Origin: Cyanidioschyzon merolae
Taxonomy: Eukaryota
Reading direction: 5' to 3' (one strand)
Length of the DNA stretch: 64,000 bases
NCBI GenBank assembly: GCA_000091205.1
Contig: AP006502.2
Under the pieces are notes generated by a model that had not been told where the DNA came from, ran no database searches, and saw only the letters and a program-made list of their open reading frames with translations. Made by a program: the position numbers and the translations under genes. This document shows positions 1-11,400 of the stretch, piece after piece (position 1 is the first letter of the stretch; every line of letters starts with the position of its first letter).

Positions 1-726
1 GGAATTCGGAGCAGGTATGCTGCGTCTGCGTGTTGCCCTGCTCGCAGGATTATCCGAGTGTATCGCTTCGCGCTGTCGCAGACACTGGGTCTGTATGCCG
101 AGTTTCCAGACTCCTAGAATGATTATGTACTCAGACCCCGTGATGGGTAAACGAAGTCTCGAGACGATGCCCTAAGTGGTATGGCAAAGCCATTTTGTAA
201 CCGTGATGTTCGGCATCAGCGGTATAGGCGCTGATGTAGGTGTTCGTAGCAGATACTCTGCGAACGATAGAACGTACAAACCGGCCAATACATCCGAGAG
301 GAGGTAATGGAACCTGGAGTCATGGTGCAGCAGTATGATGGACGCTTTCCCGAAAGCCATTATCCAATGATCCTGCAATCTAGAATCCTTGGTCAATGGA
401 ATGGTTCTGTCATCACCGTTAAGGATGCGCAGCCGGGGATCCTGGTCGTCGATGTTGCCTTGTTGTCCCGCAAACTTCATTGCCGAAGATCTGGTACTAA
501 AGTATATAATTATGTCCATAAAGGATCCAGGTATCCCACATCGCCAAGGCGCTCTGGGCCGCGATCTCCCCGGCGCCGCCTTGGGCGCAGCAGAGCGCAG
601 CGTCTGACGGACCGGGAGCATTAGCACTGGACGCGAAAGTTTAGGATTAGGATTGACGCCCGCAAGAGTACCTAGATCGTTTTTGTGCGTTGCATCCAAA
701 GGCTAGCTATTCAAAGACTTGCGAGT

Positions 727-3201
727 ATGGGCTTTGTCTCGGGACGTGCGCACAACGGCCGTGCGCTTTCCGGAAGCACGAAGCCAAATGACACAACGTG
801 CTCTTGCTGTAGGGTCAGTGCCCTCTGGCGAGCAGGTCCAGGCCACAGACTTGCGAGGCGCAGTGCTATCGAGCGCGCGCTGCCACGGCCAGGAGTAGCT
901 AGGCCTAGAGCCCGTTCAAAGGGAGCAGCACTTGAGGTGCAACTGCGCACTCCAGGTAGAGCGCCGTCACCCAGCGAGACCTTGGAACCTGACTCGAGTG
1001 TCTCGGAAAGGAACCGAGACGCCGGCGCGCTCCCAGCGCTAGACGAAACACAGCGTCAGGCTGCTTACCGGAAGCTGCGCGATCCTTGGTTCTATCCAAA
1101 AGGTACGCTGATGCGCACTTTCGGCTGGGCTTCTGTTCCGTCCATATGGGAAACACTTGCCGAAGCGTACAGCGAGATCACGGCTCTCATCGACGAGCAT
1201 AATCCATACCGCCAGAAGATAAGCTGGACGTATGCGGAGGTTCACGAGGAAATCCGAGAGTTGGCTGCAGGTCTTCGCCACCACGGCCTAACGAACCTGC
1301 AACCGGGAGACATCGTTGCACTTTTCAGTGAGAATAGCGCACGCTGGCTCATAACCGATCAGGCGCTCATGTGGAATGGTGCGGCGTCGGCAGTGCGCGG
1401 GACTGCTGCACCGCTCGATGAACTCGCCTATATTCTCGAGCACAGTGATGCTTGCGGGCTTGTCGTTGATACGCCCACCGTATTGGAAAAACTCATTCGA
1501 AACGAACAGGCCACTCGCTGCCTGGCGAAACAGGTGCGATTTATCATGGTATTATGGAATAGAAAAGGTGCAATCGCGGAACCTATTCGTTCAGCGGTCG
1601 GGTCGGTTCCAATCTATACCTACGAGGAGGTCACGGAGACCGGGCGAGCGAAAGTGCGAGATGCCCTGAACCGTACGTCGAGATCGCCCGCAGACGCTGA
1701 AATGGAGCGGGCGCTTTGGCGTCCCATCGCAGAACGTGAGATGTTAGCGACGCTGGTGTATACCTCGGGAACGACGGGCCAACCAAAGGGCGCTATGTTG
1801 ACCCATCGCAACCTGCTCCACCAAATCATGGCCAATTCTTTCTCCAGGGCATGGCGACCGCTGCTACCGTCGCAGGACGCATCCGCTGGAGACGTCATGG
1901 TGAATATTCTACCCTGCTGGCACATTTTCGAAAGAATCGGAGAACTTTACGCCCTGAGCCGCGGCGTCTCCATGGTATACAGCAAATTGTTGCACTTCAA
2001 AGAGGATCTCGCACGTCACCGACCCCATCTCCTTGTTGGGGTACCACGTCTTTACGAGAGCATTTATCAGGGAATCAAGTCGCAGCTGATGAAGCAGGGT
2101 CGATTCCGACGTGCACTGATCTTTGGCCTCTTGGGCATCAGCACTCGGTTTGTGCAGTGGCGGCGGATTCGAGACGGGGCCCTTTTTGATCGCCACGTCT
2201 CGACGCTGGAGCGCATATATGCAGGACTTTGGACGTTGCTGCTGTGGCCGTTGCATATGCTCGCAAACCTCATCGCATGGCGTCAACTGCGGCGTATGGC
2301 GCTCGGCGGGCGCGTGCGTACCCTAGTGAGTGGAGGTGGCTCCCTTGCCATGTTTCTGGATGACTTTTTCGAGGCTATCGGCGTGTTGCTAATCGTGGGT
2401 TACGGGCTCACAGAGACGAGTCCGGTTCTAGCCAATCGACTTCGAGAGCACAACATTCGCGGGACGACGGGGCTAGTGGTGCCCGGCACACAAGTCAAAA
2501 TCGTGGATCCTGAAACGCGTCAGACCCTGCCACCGGGTCAGACTGGTATCATCTGTGCCCGGGGAGAGCAGATTTTCCAAGGCTACTACAAGGACCCTGC
2601 GGCTACTGCGCGCGTCATTGACAGTGAAGGATACTTTGATACTGGCGACCTAGGGTTCTTTTCGCAGTACACCGGTGATCTGGTGATTGCCGGCCGACTG
2701 AAAGACGTTATCGTGTTGAACAATGGCGAGAATATCGAGCCGACGCCCATTGAAGACGCGATGCTTGGTTCCGACTATATTGATCAGGTGATGCTCGTGG
2801 GCCAGGACCAACGGGCGCTCGGTGCTTTGATCGTGCCTAACCTGGAAGCACTGGCGGTGGACGGCCTTGTCTCCGCGGAGACACGTGAGCGAATTCAGTC
2901 ACTGCAGCGACAACGTGCTAGCTGCGAACGTGCGGAGGCCGCGGCGCTAGACGCTGCGCTCGCTCGCGAGGCTGCAGCCATGGAGCAGGATCCACGTCTC
3001 AGGGAAGCGCTGCAACGAGAAATCACGAGTCGGGTGGAGGCTCGGAAAAACTACCTTGCGATTGAGCGGGTGTCACGTTTCCGGATTCTATTGACTCCAT
3101 TTACTGTTGACGACGGGACCCTGACGCAAACGCTCAAAGTACGACGCAATGTGGTAGCAGAGCGCTATGCTGAGCTCATTCGTGCCATGTACGAGTCTTG
3201 A
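727..3201 (+). CDS. Long-chain acyl-CoA synthetase (AMP-binding enzyme). The first ~140 aa are Arg/Ala/Pro-rich low complexity, possibly a targeting peptide, so the true start may be further downstream.
   Basis: AMP-binding signature LVYTSGTTGQPKGAML. Other motifs GYGLTETSPV and FDTGDLG...RLKDVIVLNNGENIEPTPIE. The track ORF 685..3201 begins with GTG; the first in-frame ATG is at 727. Confidence 0.8.
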   Translation: MGFVSGRAHNGRALSGSTKPNDTTCSCCRVSALWRAGPGHRLARRSAIERALPRPGVARPRARSKGAALEVQLRTPGRAPSPSETLEPDSSVSERNRDAGALPALDETQRQAAYRKLRDPWFYPKGTLMRTFGWASVPSIWETLAEAYSEITALIDEHNPYRQKISWTYAEVHEEIRELAAGLRHHGLTNLQPGDIVALFSENSARWLITDQALMWNGAASAVRGTAAPLDELAYILEHSDACGLVVDTPTVLEKLIRNEQATRCLAKQVRFIMVLWNRKGAIAEPIRSAVGSVPIYTYEEVTETGRAKVRDALNRTSRSPADAEMERALWRPIAEREMLATLVYTSGTTGQPKGAMLTHRNLLHQIMANSFSRAWRPLLPSQDASAGDVMVNILPCWHIFERIGELYALSRGVSMVYSKLLHFKEDLARHRPHLLVGVPRLYESIYQGIKSQLMKQGRFRRALIFGLLGISTRFVQWRRIRDGALFDRHVSTLERIYAGLWTLLLWPLHMLANLIAWRQLRRMALGGRVRTLVSGGGSLAMFLDDFFEAIGVLLIVGYGLTETSPVLANRLREHNIRGTTGLVVPGTQVKIVDPETRQTLPPGQTGIICARGEQIFQGYYKDPAATARVIDSEGYFDTGDLGFFSQYTGDLVIAGRLKDVIVLNNGENIEPTPIEDAMLGSDYIDQVMLVGQDQRALGALIVPNLEALAVDGLVSAETRERIQSLQRQRASCERAEAAALDAALAREAAAMEQDPRLREALQREITSRVEARKNYLAIERVSRFRILLTPFTVDDGTLTQTLKVRRNVVAERYAELIRAMYES

Positions 3202-3576
3202 GGCGTGCGCGCTGGCGCTTCAACGGAAATGTGCAGTTCTACCGCAACCGTGAGCTGCATGATCCGGTTGCGCTCTTCAGTCAGTCTGCGTGCACGAGCG
3301 CTGCTGTGCTGTTTTGGCGCACAACAGCAACCTCTTCATCGCACCTGGAGAATACTTCGTCGATGAATAGCATCTCCATGCGTGAGCGTTCTATATCAGC
3401 GCTGTAGCATTCACCGCTTTTACTGAGAAATTCGCCGGCACCCGGGCACACAGCAACGCACCGGACCTGTCATATCATGCTCTGCCCCGAGGCGTCGCTC
3501 GTCACACACACACACATCCAGGGTGTTCCTTGTCCAGGCCTCACTTGAATAGGAGAATCAGCAGCGTATTCGCCTC

Positions 3577-4707
3577 TTATGCCAAGGAATTGCGCATGCA
3601 TGCATCGGCCAGCTCCTCGTACATGCCTTTTCGGAGCGGATCGACCATTGGGAGCTCTTCCCCGAGGATACGCGCCGCTTCCTTGTGCTGTCCGAGGTTC
3701 ATGAGGTGCCGAGCTTTGGCCTCTAACGCCCACCTCGCTGTAGGTTCAAGTTCTAGCAAAGCGTCCAGGAGATCGAGTTCCTTCTCCAGATAATGACGAT
3801 GATCGTGAGCTTGATTTTGCGTGTGGGATGCCTGGTCGAGTTGTCGGTGCTGCTGCAGCTGCTCCATGCACCAGTGATAGTAAAACCAAACAGACTGATC
3901 GTTCGGTTCCGTATACATGACCTGATGAAGGGCATCGAGCTCTTCCAGCCAGTCAAAGTCTTGCGGTGCTTCCTTAACCGCTATGCTGCGATAATGATAA
4001 GCCGTGTAATTACAGCTGTTTTGATCCAGGACTGTGCGCGTGATGTGCAGCAGGCGCTTCCCCGCTGCTGCGCCCGCTACAGGTGCACCGCCTTCCCCGC
4101 ACGACGACGATGACGACGACAAATCGAGGCCGATGCCCTTTGTCAGCGTCAGCACTTCGACCAAGTGGCGCCACCCGAGAAAGTTGCGATCATCCAGAGC
4201 GAGCAACTGTTTGCAAAGCGCCTCTTCTCTGGCGAGGTAGACCTGAGCCAGGTCCAGCGGTACTATCCACGGTGGTCGCCACTGACAGTTTCCAAGTCCA
4301 GGTACCGCAGTGGATGTACTGTCGGGTGACAGTGGCAGTACTGCGCGTAAAAGCCACAGCCGGTGCGCCCACGTCGCGTATGACTTGGGGTTCTGCCGCA
4401 GTGCTGCCTCGGTGACGCGAAACTCGGCCTCAACTTGCTCCCGGAGCGCCGGCGGAGGCGATAAACCAGCATTTTCCGACGCTGTAGCAAGTTCCAGACG
4501 GTATCTCTCTACCAAGCAAGCTTTCCGCCGGTTCCACAGCGAGTACTCCTCCGGGTTACGTAAAAGCACGGGTTCCGAGCGCTTGAGAAAGCACTCTCGC
4601 GATAGAGCGTAACGCTGTTGCAAAACTTGCCGAGCCTCAGCACTCCATTGTTCATAACGTTGTGCCTGCTCAATCGTTTGGTTCCAGGTTCGACGGACTC
4701 CGTGCAT
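3577..4707 (-). CDS. Protein prenyltransferase alpha subunit (PPTA-repeat protein, RabGGTase/FTase alpha-like).
   Basis: Five PPTA-type repeats (YSLWNRRKACL, NPKSYATWAHRLWLL, DDRNFLGWRHLVEVL, CNYTAYHYRSIAV, NDQSVWFYYHWCMEQ). The track ORF begins with TTG at 4809; the first ATG (MHGVRRTW...) is at 4707. Confidence 0.65.
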   Translation of the reverse strand: MHGVRRTWNQTIEQAQRYEQWSAEARQVLQQRYALSRECFLKRSEPVLLRNPEEYSLWNRRKACLVERYRLELATASENAGLSPPPALREQVEAEFRVTEAALRQNPKSYATWAHRLWLLRAVLPLSPDSTSTAVPGLGNCQWRPPWIVPLDLAQVYLAREEALCKQLLALDDRNFLGWRHLVEVLTLTKGIGLDLSSSSSSCGEGGAPVAGAAAGKRLLHITRTVLDQNSCNYTAYHYRSIAVKEAPQDFDWLEELDALHQVMYTEPNDQSVWFYYHWCMEQLQQHRQLDQASHTQNQAHDHRHYLEKELDLLDALLELEPTARWALEAKARHLMNLGQHKEAARILGEELPMVDPLRKGMYEELADACMRNSLA

Positions 4708-5299
4708 TGACCCGCACCGTGTAGCCTGGCAAGCGCTGTTTATAAGCCTCGAGCCGCTGCTGCACACCAGCACTGGCGCTCGGCGACTCTGTACGAAGAG
4801 GTCGGTCAACTGTGCAGACGCCCACGAAAAAGATCAATTAAACGCTCATGAAACGTAAACGCGTTTGTGCTATAGACCTAGAATCCTCGACCAGAGTTGC
4901 TGGCCAAAGCACCTGCCCGTTCCTGGGACTTCAAGTCCACTCCGTAGAGCAGGTAGCGCTCAGTTTCGCAGATAGCGGACAGGTACGAACTGGCAGCGGA
5001 CGGCTGCGCGCACCGAACACGCTCGCGTGGCTGGCACCCGCTGAGCAGGTTGTGCTTTCACGACTACGGGAGACTCGGGATAGGGCCCTTTTCTGATAGT
5101 GGTGTGGCTGCTTCTTGGGTAGCTGTGCACTCTTACACAGAAAGAAGATAATTTTTCGCACCACCTGGCGGCTTTACGGCAACAGCACCAAGCTAACCGG
5201 TAGACCGGCCGCCGAGGGAACCCCAGTCAGCGCTGCGCTCTCGCGGCAGAACACAGCTTGGAGAGACCAGTTGCGGTTAGCGCAGCGACCAGGTCGGGA

Positions 5300-7918
5300 A
5301 TGGGCTCAGGCACCAACGAGGCGGGGTCAGGGCTTGATTCCATTCCGCCAGCGCCGGTTTTTTATCCTACGGAGGAAGAGTGGTCTGATCCGTTCAACTA
5401 TGTGCGTCGGATCCAGCGACAGGCGTCTCGCTACGGGATATGCAAGGTCGTTCCACCGGGGAGCTGGAACCCACCAAAGACGGGCTCCCCTGTGGTTCGC
5501 TTCCGAACGAAGCAGCAAAATATTCACCAACTGTTTCGTCGCCGAGGTCTCTATGAGCGTTTTATGACTTTTCTGCGGCAGTTCCATCGCGCACAAGGCG
5601 ACTGGGCGACATGTCGAGCCCAAGTGCCCCGAATAAAGGGCCGGATTGTCGACCTCATGTTGCTGTATCGCGCTGTCATTGGACACGGAGGCTATGAACA
5701 GGTGAATCGTTCCGGGTTATGGCGACGTATTGCCACTGTTGAACTCCGTATGATTTGGACAACGTCGATCAGCGCCAACACCAAGGCCCTCTATCACCGG
5801 TGGCTGTTGCCTCTGGAGCACCACGAGCGAAAACGTCGGGGTATGCGTGCTATGCAACGGGACCCGCTGGAGCTCGAATTCACGAAGTTCGCTTGCGACA
5901 CCGAGTGTGCCCAGTGCCTTGTCGAGCACATACGCGAAAACGATACATTATCTACCGGAAATGGACAGAAAAGTATGGGAAATTCGTATGCTCCAGCTGG
6001 GGCAACCACCGTGTGCACAGAAGCTGGATTTCCGTGCAACGCGGAACCATGCTCTACGGAATCGAAGTTGTGGCGCTGCATGCAGTGTGGGGATTCGTGG
6101 CATCCGAACTGCTACGCTCAGGCGATGTCTGATTATGGTACGTCCGCGACAGCGCCAAGTCGGATGGAAATCAACCCGACAATGTTCGTTTGTCCTCAGT
6201 GTGACGATGACCATCGATTTGGATACACCGAAGGGACGGTTTTTTCTTACAAAGAATACGTTCGCTTCGCACGAGACTTCAAAGCAGCTTGGTTCCGTAT
6301 CGGTAGCTCGGCGTCGATGAATGATTGCAAAACTCAGGGACCGACGGCCGAAGAGATCGAAGGTGAGTACTGGCGCCTTGTGGACACCGCTGAAGAGCGA
6401 TGCGAAGTGCTCTACGGGAGTGAGTTGGACGTGAATATCGTCGGTAGTGGGTTTCCGCGGCTCGGTTCAGTGACAACCGAGAAAATGAATGCGGACCAGC
6501 TTGCGCTCTGGGAGCAGTACGCGATGCACCCGTGGAATCTGAACATGCTACCGCTACTCGGGAGCTCTCTTCTGCGGGTGCTCTCGGCACGTTACTCGGG
6601 TATTACAGACCCATGGCTTTATGCGGGTATGGTGTTCGCAACTTTCTGCTATCACGCAGAGGACTCGGACATGTATTCGATCAATTACATGCACAGTGGA
6701 GAGGGAAAGGTCTGGTACGGATGTCCCGGTGGTGACGGCTGTCGCCAGTTCGAGAACGCCATGCGTGACACAGTTCCCGAACTCTTCGCCGCTATGCCAG
6801 ATCTGCTCTACAACATGATCACCATGGTGAATCCGGCGGTGCTTCGCGAAAAAGGGGCCCCAATGTGCCGAACTGTTCAAAGACCTGGCGAATTCGTCCT
6901 GACCTTTCCCCAAGCGTATCATGGGGGCTTCTCCTTGGGCGTGAACATCGCCGAGGCGGTGAACTTCGCGCTTACCGACTGGCTCCCGTACGGACGCCAA
7001 GCCATGGTACGTTATCGCGAAATGCGGCGTGAAGCACCGTTTGCGCAGGAGGAAATCATCTTCTCGGCACTGGAACGTCGCGACGTCTGGAGCACAATGG
7101 CCCCAGCGGAGCTTGAACGACTCTGTCAAGAGCTGCGCTATCTTATTCAGGAGGAGCTCGCGCTCCGCGAGGCCGCGGGTTGCTTTGGCGGCGTACCGGA
7201 GCGTCTCGCGGATCCGCGCGCCCCGACATACGTGTCGCACCAGGGTGGAAGCGATCGGGACACGTGTCCTTCTTGCCGCCAACCCTTCTTCCTAAGTGCT
7301 GTCCGTTGTGCATGCATGCCGGAACGTCGCACATGCGTGCGACACGCATTTGCCACTTGTGCGTGTCCTGCCGCTGCCAAAACTCTGCTGTATTTATATT
7401 CAGACGCTGAACTGAAGCGTTTGCTGTCTGATCCTTCTCAAGCTGTGTTGCTGGCAGAGCATCGCAAAACCAACGGGGAAACAGGAGCGAACCGAAAGCG
7501 CGTCCATAGTGCGTCACGAGCCGACCTCGACACACGTGAGCGGATCGCGAAACAGGCCGCTGGAGGCAGTCCACCCAAAGCCGTGTCTCTCGCCAACGGA
7601 GTGGATGGTGCGCCCTCTGTCGCGTGCAAGCGAATGCTTGGAAAGTATTCGGGGGAAAACGGGGTGGAATCTTCGATTCGACCAGAGATCAATCAGGCCT
7701 GCAGTGGAAACGACGGAAACCGGGCACTGGAGGCTACGCCCAGTGGCGTGCAATCCGAGTGGTGCACCTCGAACGCAACCAAATGCAGTCGCACGAAGAT
7801 GCATACGGAACTTTTGGCCAAAACGAGCCAGGTGGAGCAACCATGTCTGGTGAAGTTCATACCGGCTGCTGACGGCCAGGCACCGTCAATTCTACTTTTT
7901 CGCGTTCCGTCCGAATGA
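5300..7918 (+). CDS. KDM5/JARID1-type histone H3K4 demethylase with JmjN-ARID-PHD-JmjC-C5HC2 architecture.
   Basis: JmjN (VFYPTEEEWSDPFNYVRRIQ). ARID-like (RFMTFLRQFH...IKGRIVDLMLLYRAVIGHGGYEQV). Cys-rich PHD-like segment. JmjC with Fe-binding context (FCYHAEDSD...GEFVLTFPQAYHGGFSLGVNIAEAVNFA). C5HC2 finger (CPSCRQPFFLSAVRCACMPERRTCVRHAFATCAC). The track start 5258 is TTG; ATG is at 5300. Confidence 0.85.
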   Translation: MGSGTNEAGSGLDSIPPAPVFYPTEEEWSDPFNYVRRIQRQASRYGICKVVPPGSWNPPKTGSPVVRFRTKQQNIHQLFRRRGLYERFMTFLRQFHRAQGDWATCRAQVPRIKGRIVDLMLLYRAVIGHGGYEQVNRSGLWRRIATVELRMIWTTSISANTKALYHRWLLPLEHHERKRRGMRAMQRDPLELEFTKFACDTECAQCLVEHIRENDTLSTGNGQKSMGNSYAPAGATTVCTEAGFPCNAEPCSTESKLWRCMQCGDSWHPNCYAQAMSDYGTSATAPSRMEINPTMFVCPQCDDDHRFGYTEGTVFSYKEYVRFARDFKAAWFRIGSSASMNDCKTQGPTAEEIEGEYWRLVDTAEERCEVLYGSELDVNIVGSGFPRLGSVTTEKMNADQLALWEQYAMHPWNLNMLPLLGSSLLRVLSARYSGITDPWLYAGMVFATFCYHAEDSDMYSINYMHSGEGKVWYGCPGGDGCRQFENAMRDTVPELFAAMPDLLYNMITMVNPAVLREKGAPMCRTVQRPGEFVLTFPQAYHGGFSLGVNIAEAVNFALTDWLPYGRQAMVRYREMRREAPFAQEEIIFSALERRDVWSTMAPAELERLCQELRYLIQEELALREAAGCFGGVPERLADPRAPTYVSHQGGSDRDTCPSCRQPFFLSAVRCACMPERRTCVRHAFATCACPAAAKTLLYLYSDAELKRLLSDPSQAVLLAEHRKTNGETGANRKRVHSASRADLDTRERIAKQAAGGSPPKAVSLANGVDGAPSVACKRMLGKYSGENGVESSIRPEINQACSGNDGNRALEATPSGVQSEWCTSNATKCSRTKMHTELLAKTSQVEQPCLVKFIPAADGQAPSILLFRVPSE

Positions 7919-8446
7919 GCTCCGGAGAAGCGCACGAGCCTAGCGGTCATCCAGCCTATGACGACACCAGTGCTCTGGTGCTAGAGGGAAACCCAGCGAA
8001 TGCGGCAAGTGATTCGCTTGCTGTATTCGAACTATGCTTACAGTGCTTGATGAAAGTTAAAGAATGGTCAATGACGGGCAAGAGGATGATGCGATACGTG
8101 CGCATTCGCAACCTCCGTCTCTCCACGGGAGAGATCGCGCCCACGTGCCTTGTTATTCACGGGAAATGTTGAGGCGCTCTCGGCTCGCGTGCCGATGTTT
8201 CCCTGGTTCTGAACAAAACTGAGCCTGATCCTCTGGGCACTCTAACGCGACTCGGCCGGTCGCGCTCGATAGGAAGCCATTTTGAACATACAGCACGTGC
8301 CGCGTCTCTAAACTGGGACTCGAAGCGCTCTCCACGCTTCGGACAACTGCGCTCGCTCTCTGGACTAGTGGAAGATGAGGTGCAAGTTAGGGACCTGCGG
8401 AAACTGCTTTTAAGGCCAGTGTGTACTGAAATCTCGCTTTTTATCA

Positions 8447-11400
8447 ATGTTTGCAGTTTGCTGGTACTCACTTCCGCGGCCGCCGCTGACAAACGGTCCA
8501 CCCGAGCGCGTACCGGTTTCCGCCTGGCAGAACGCGCGCCTGACGCGCACTCGATCAGGCAGAAGAGTCTGGTTCTCGGTCTCTACCGGCTGCAACGATA
8601 CTCGTTACACGAACCTGTGCGAATGGATGGGTTCAGAAGCGCTCGCTGCTAAGATATATGCAAAGCAGCGAAAGCTCGTGGAAGCTAGATTGAAGTCCGC
8701 GGCTTTCTGCTCTTTTGGACGACAAAATCGGAGCAGTTTTCGCCTCTGGCTACTGCTCCCGACACGCCCGCGCATCAGTTGCGGTAGCGAACGCGTTCGC
8801 GAACTTTGTTTGGTCTCGTCATTCTCCTTTCGACTTTGTTGTTGCTTTATGGCTAGCGTGAGAAGTTCTCATGGTTGCTGTGAACGCTCTCGGAAGGTGC
8901 CTTTGACTTGGGGCACTCCGTGGGCCGGCCGCTTACTGCTCTCGCTTGCTGTGCTTCGCACTGCATCACGCGCACGGCGGTGCGTACGTGGACCGGAGCT
9001 TTCGGTCGTGAGACTCCTTTTATCGACGACAAGCAAGCAGCGTGGGCGAGTTCGCCAGTCAGGTGCCAGGTGGCGATCTACGTCGTGCGGTGGGAGCCAG
9101 TCGGGTTTCTGCTCTCTCGCCGACGTGAAGACTCGACCGAGCCCACCAGCGGTCCGCTGCCTCGCACAAGGTCCTGAAGCGGCGTCGGCTTCAGCTCAGT
9201 GGTCCGTTCCAGCAAACTCGAGGACTGGTCCATGGACGCAAACAACTGGAATCGAGCATGCCAACAAGAACGCTTCACCTGCACACGAAGCGGGAGTCAT
9301 GGCATCGGATGCGCAGGATCAGTGGCTTCCGACGCTCTTTCTGGTGGATGCACTGAGCATCGTGTATCGTTCCTATTACGCATTCCAGAAGAATCCGCTA
9401 TACAGCAGTAGTGGCATCAATACCTCTGCGATTTACGGTTTCATTCAGACGATTTTGCTGCTGCTGCAAAAGTACAATCCGGAAGCGCTGGCCGTCGTCT
9501 TCGACAGCCATACGACAGAGCCAGGGCCGGGGAGTTTTCGGCAGTTACTGTTTCCCAAATACAAGGCCAATCGGGAACGCATGCCGGATGGTGTTCGGGA
9601 TGCGTTGCCTTACGTGAAACGAGCTATCCACCAACTGGGGTTGCAAAGCTTTGAGCTCGAAAGCTTCGAGGCGGACGACGTGATTGGAACGCTGGCCGCA
9701 CTGGCCAATCACAACGGCTATCGAGTCGTTATTGTTTCGAATGATAAGGATTTCAAACAGCTCATCAAAGCGGGATGGGTGCGCCTTCTACGTCCGACAC
9801 GCAGTAGTGGGTCTGGTGGTTTTGACGAAGTCACCGAAGCAGACCTTGCCGCCGAGTGCGGGACATCGATTCGACCACAGCAGTATCCTGATGTGCTGGC
9901 GCTCGCCGGAGATGCAGTTGACAATATCCCCGGTGTGCCTGGAATTGGGATAAAAACTGCGGCACGCCTTATTCGACAATTTTCGAGTATCGAGGACCTT
10001 ATCTGTAACCTGGACGCTATCGAACCGCCGCGCATCCAAGAAAAAATCATCTCCAAAGCGGATGAGTTGCTCAGGAACAAGGTGCTCGCCAAAATCCACC
10101 AGAATGTGCCGCTCGAAAAGCTTCAGTCAGAGCGGAGCCCTTCAGCGGACGCAGGAAATGAGCTGGTGACTGATGCCCCTGCTTATGACGCAATGTGGAT
10201 CGCGAGTTGTCGACGAGGTCCGTGGCAGCTCAATGCGCTGCTCACGCTGCTCCGTGAGCTCGACATGGAGGCGCTTTCCCGACGAATTCAGTATCTGGCG
10301 AGATCCCTGGGGCAGAGCGACCACGAAAAACGAACGAGCGCCTCTGCTCGTGATTCGCTAGAGACTGGCTTTATGGCAGCACCGCGCGAGCGTCTGGACA
10401 GTCCGCTTGCGAACGATGAGGTCATTAACCAGCCGCTTGCATCCGAACAAGAGATACCGCCTGATTCACAGCACAACAACCTTCATGATCACGTGGACGA
10501 TAGGCTGCAGCCTGCAGCAGGGCCCGCTAGGGATGTACCGTTCACGTCAGTCACCGACGATTCTGCTACTGCTGTGCCTGGTAGCGCACAAGAGTCAACG
10601 CGGAGCACGAGCGCCCAGTCTGCTGAACTGAGGCCGAATTCGGCGTCGGTGCCAGCAAACTGGTCAGCGGATGAGCTATCCATGTACCTGGGGGCGCCCC
10701 TGCGGTACCAGATCATGGAAGCAGACGCCCTCTTACATTTCTTGGACGGGAGCGGGACCCACGAGCCCATCGGTCTGTTCATGGCGCATGTGATGCCTGA
10801 AACGCGGCGTCGCCCGCGTCATCGTACGAAGGAAGCGGCAGCAGCGCCTGCAGATGCCGTCAACACTGTTCGCCTGTCACCGAACAGCGCTGACGCGACA
10901 ACAACAACAACAACTACTACTACTACTAATACGCATACGACAGCAGCAACAGCAGCAGTAGCAGAGCACCCGCTAATTCTCATGGGCATCGCCACCGACC
11001 AGGGCAATGCAGCTGGGGCAGTGCTGCCAGCGACCGCGCCCTGGCTAGATACCTGGTTGCGGCAACTGCGGGAGCGTCTCGATCAGGCCCATCAGCGTCA
11101 TGTCGGTTTCGATCTGAAGCACGTTCTTCGGTTCCTACTAGCCCGCGACGATGTCCGCGCCGACGGCGTCTGGATCGATCCAGCGGTCGCGCATGCTCTG
11201 TTGTATCCGGAGGAGGCGTTCGAACGCCCGGAGCTGCTCGCGAAACGATACCTTGGTGACTTGGGCGTTGCGCTCTGGAATCGCTACGTCGAAGCACCGC
11301 TGACTAGTGCATCGACGTCTGAGACAAGAACAGAGGCGTTAGCTCTGGCAGCCGCATTCCAGGCTGACTTGGCGCGCCACATTTTCCACCGCCAGGTCAC

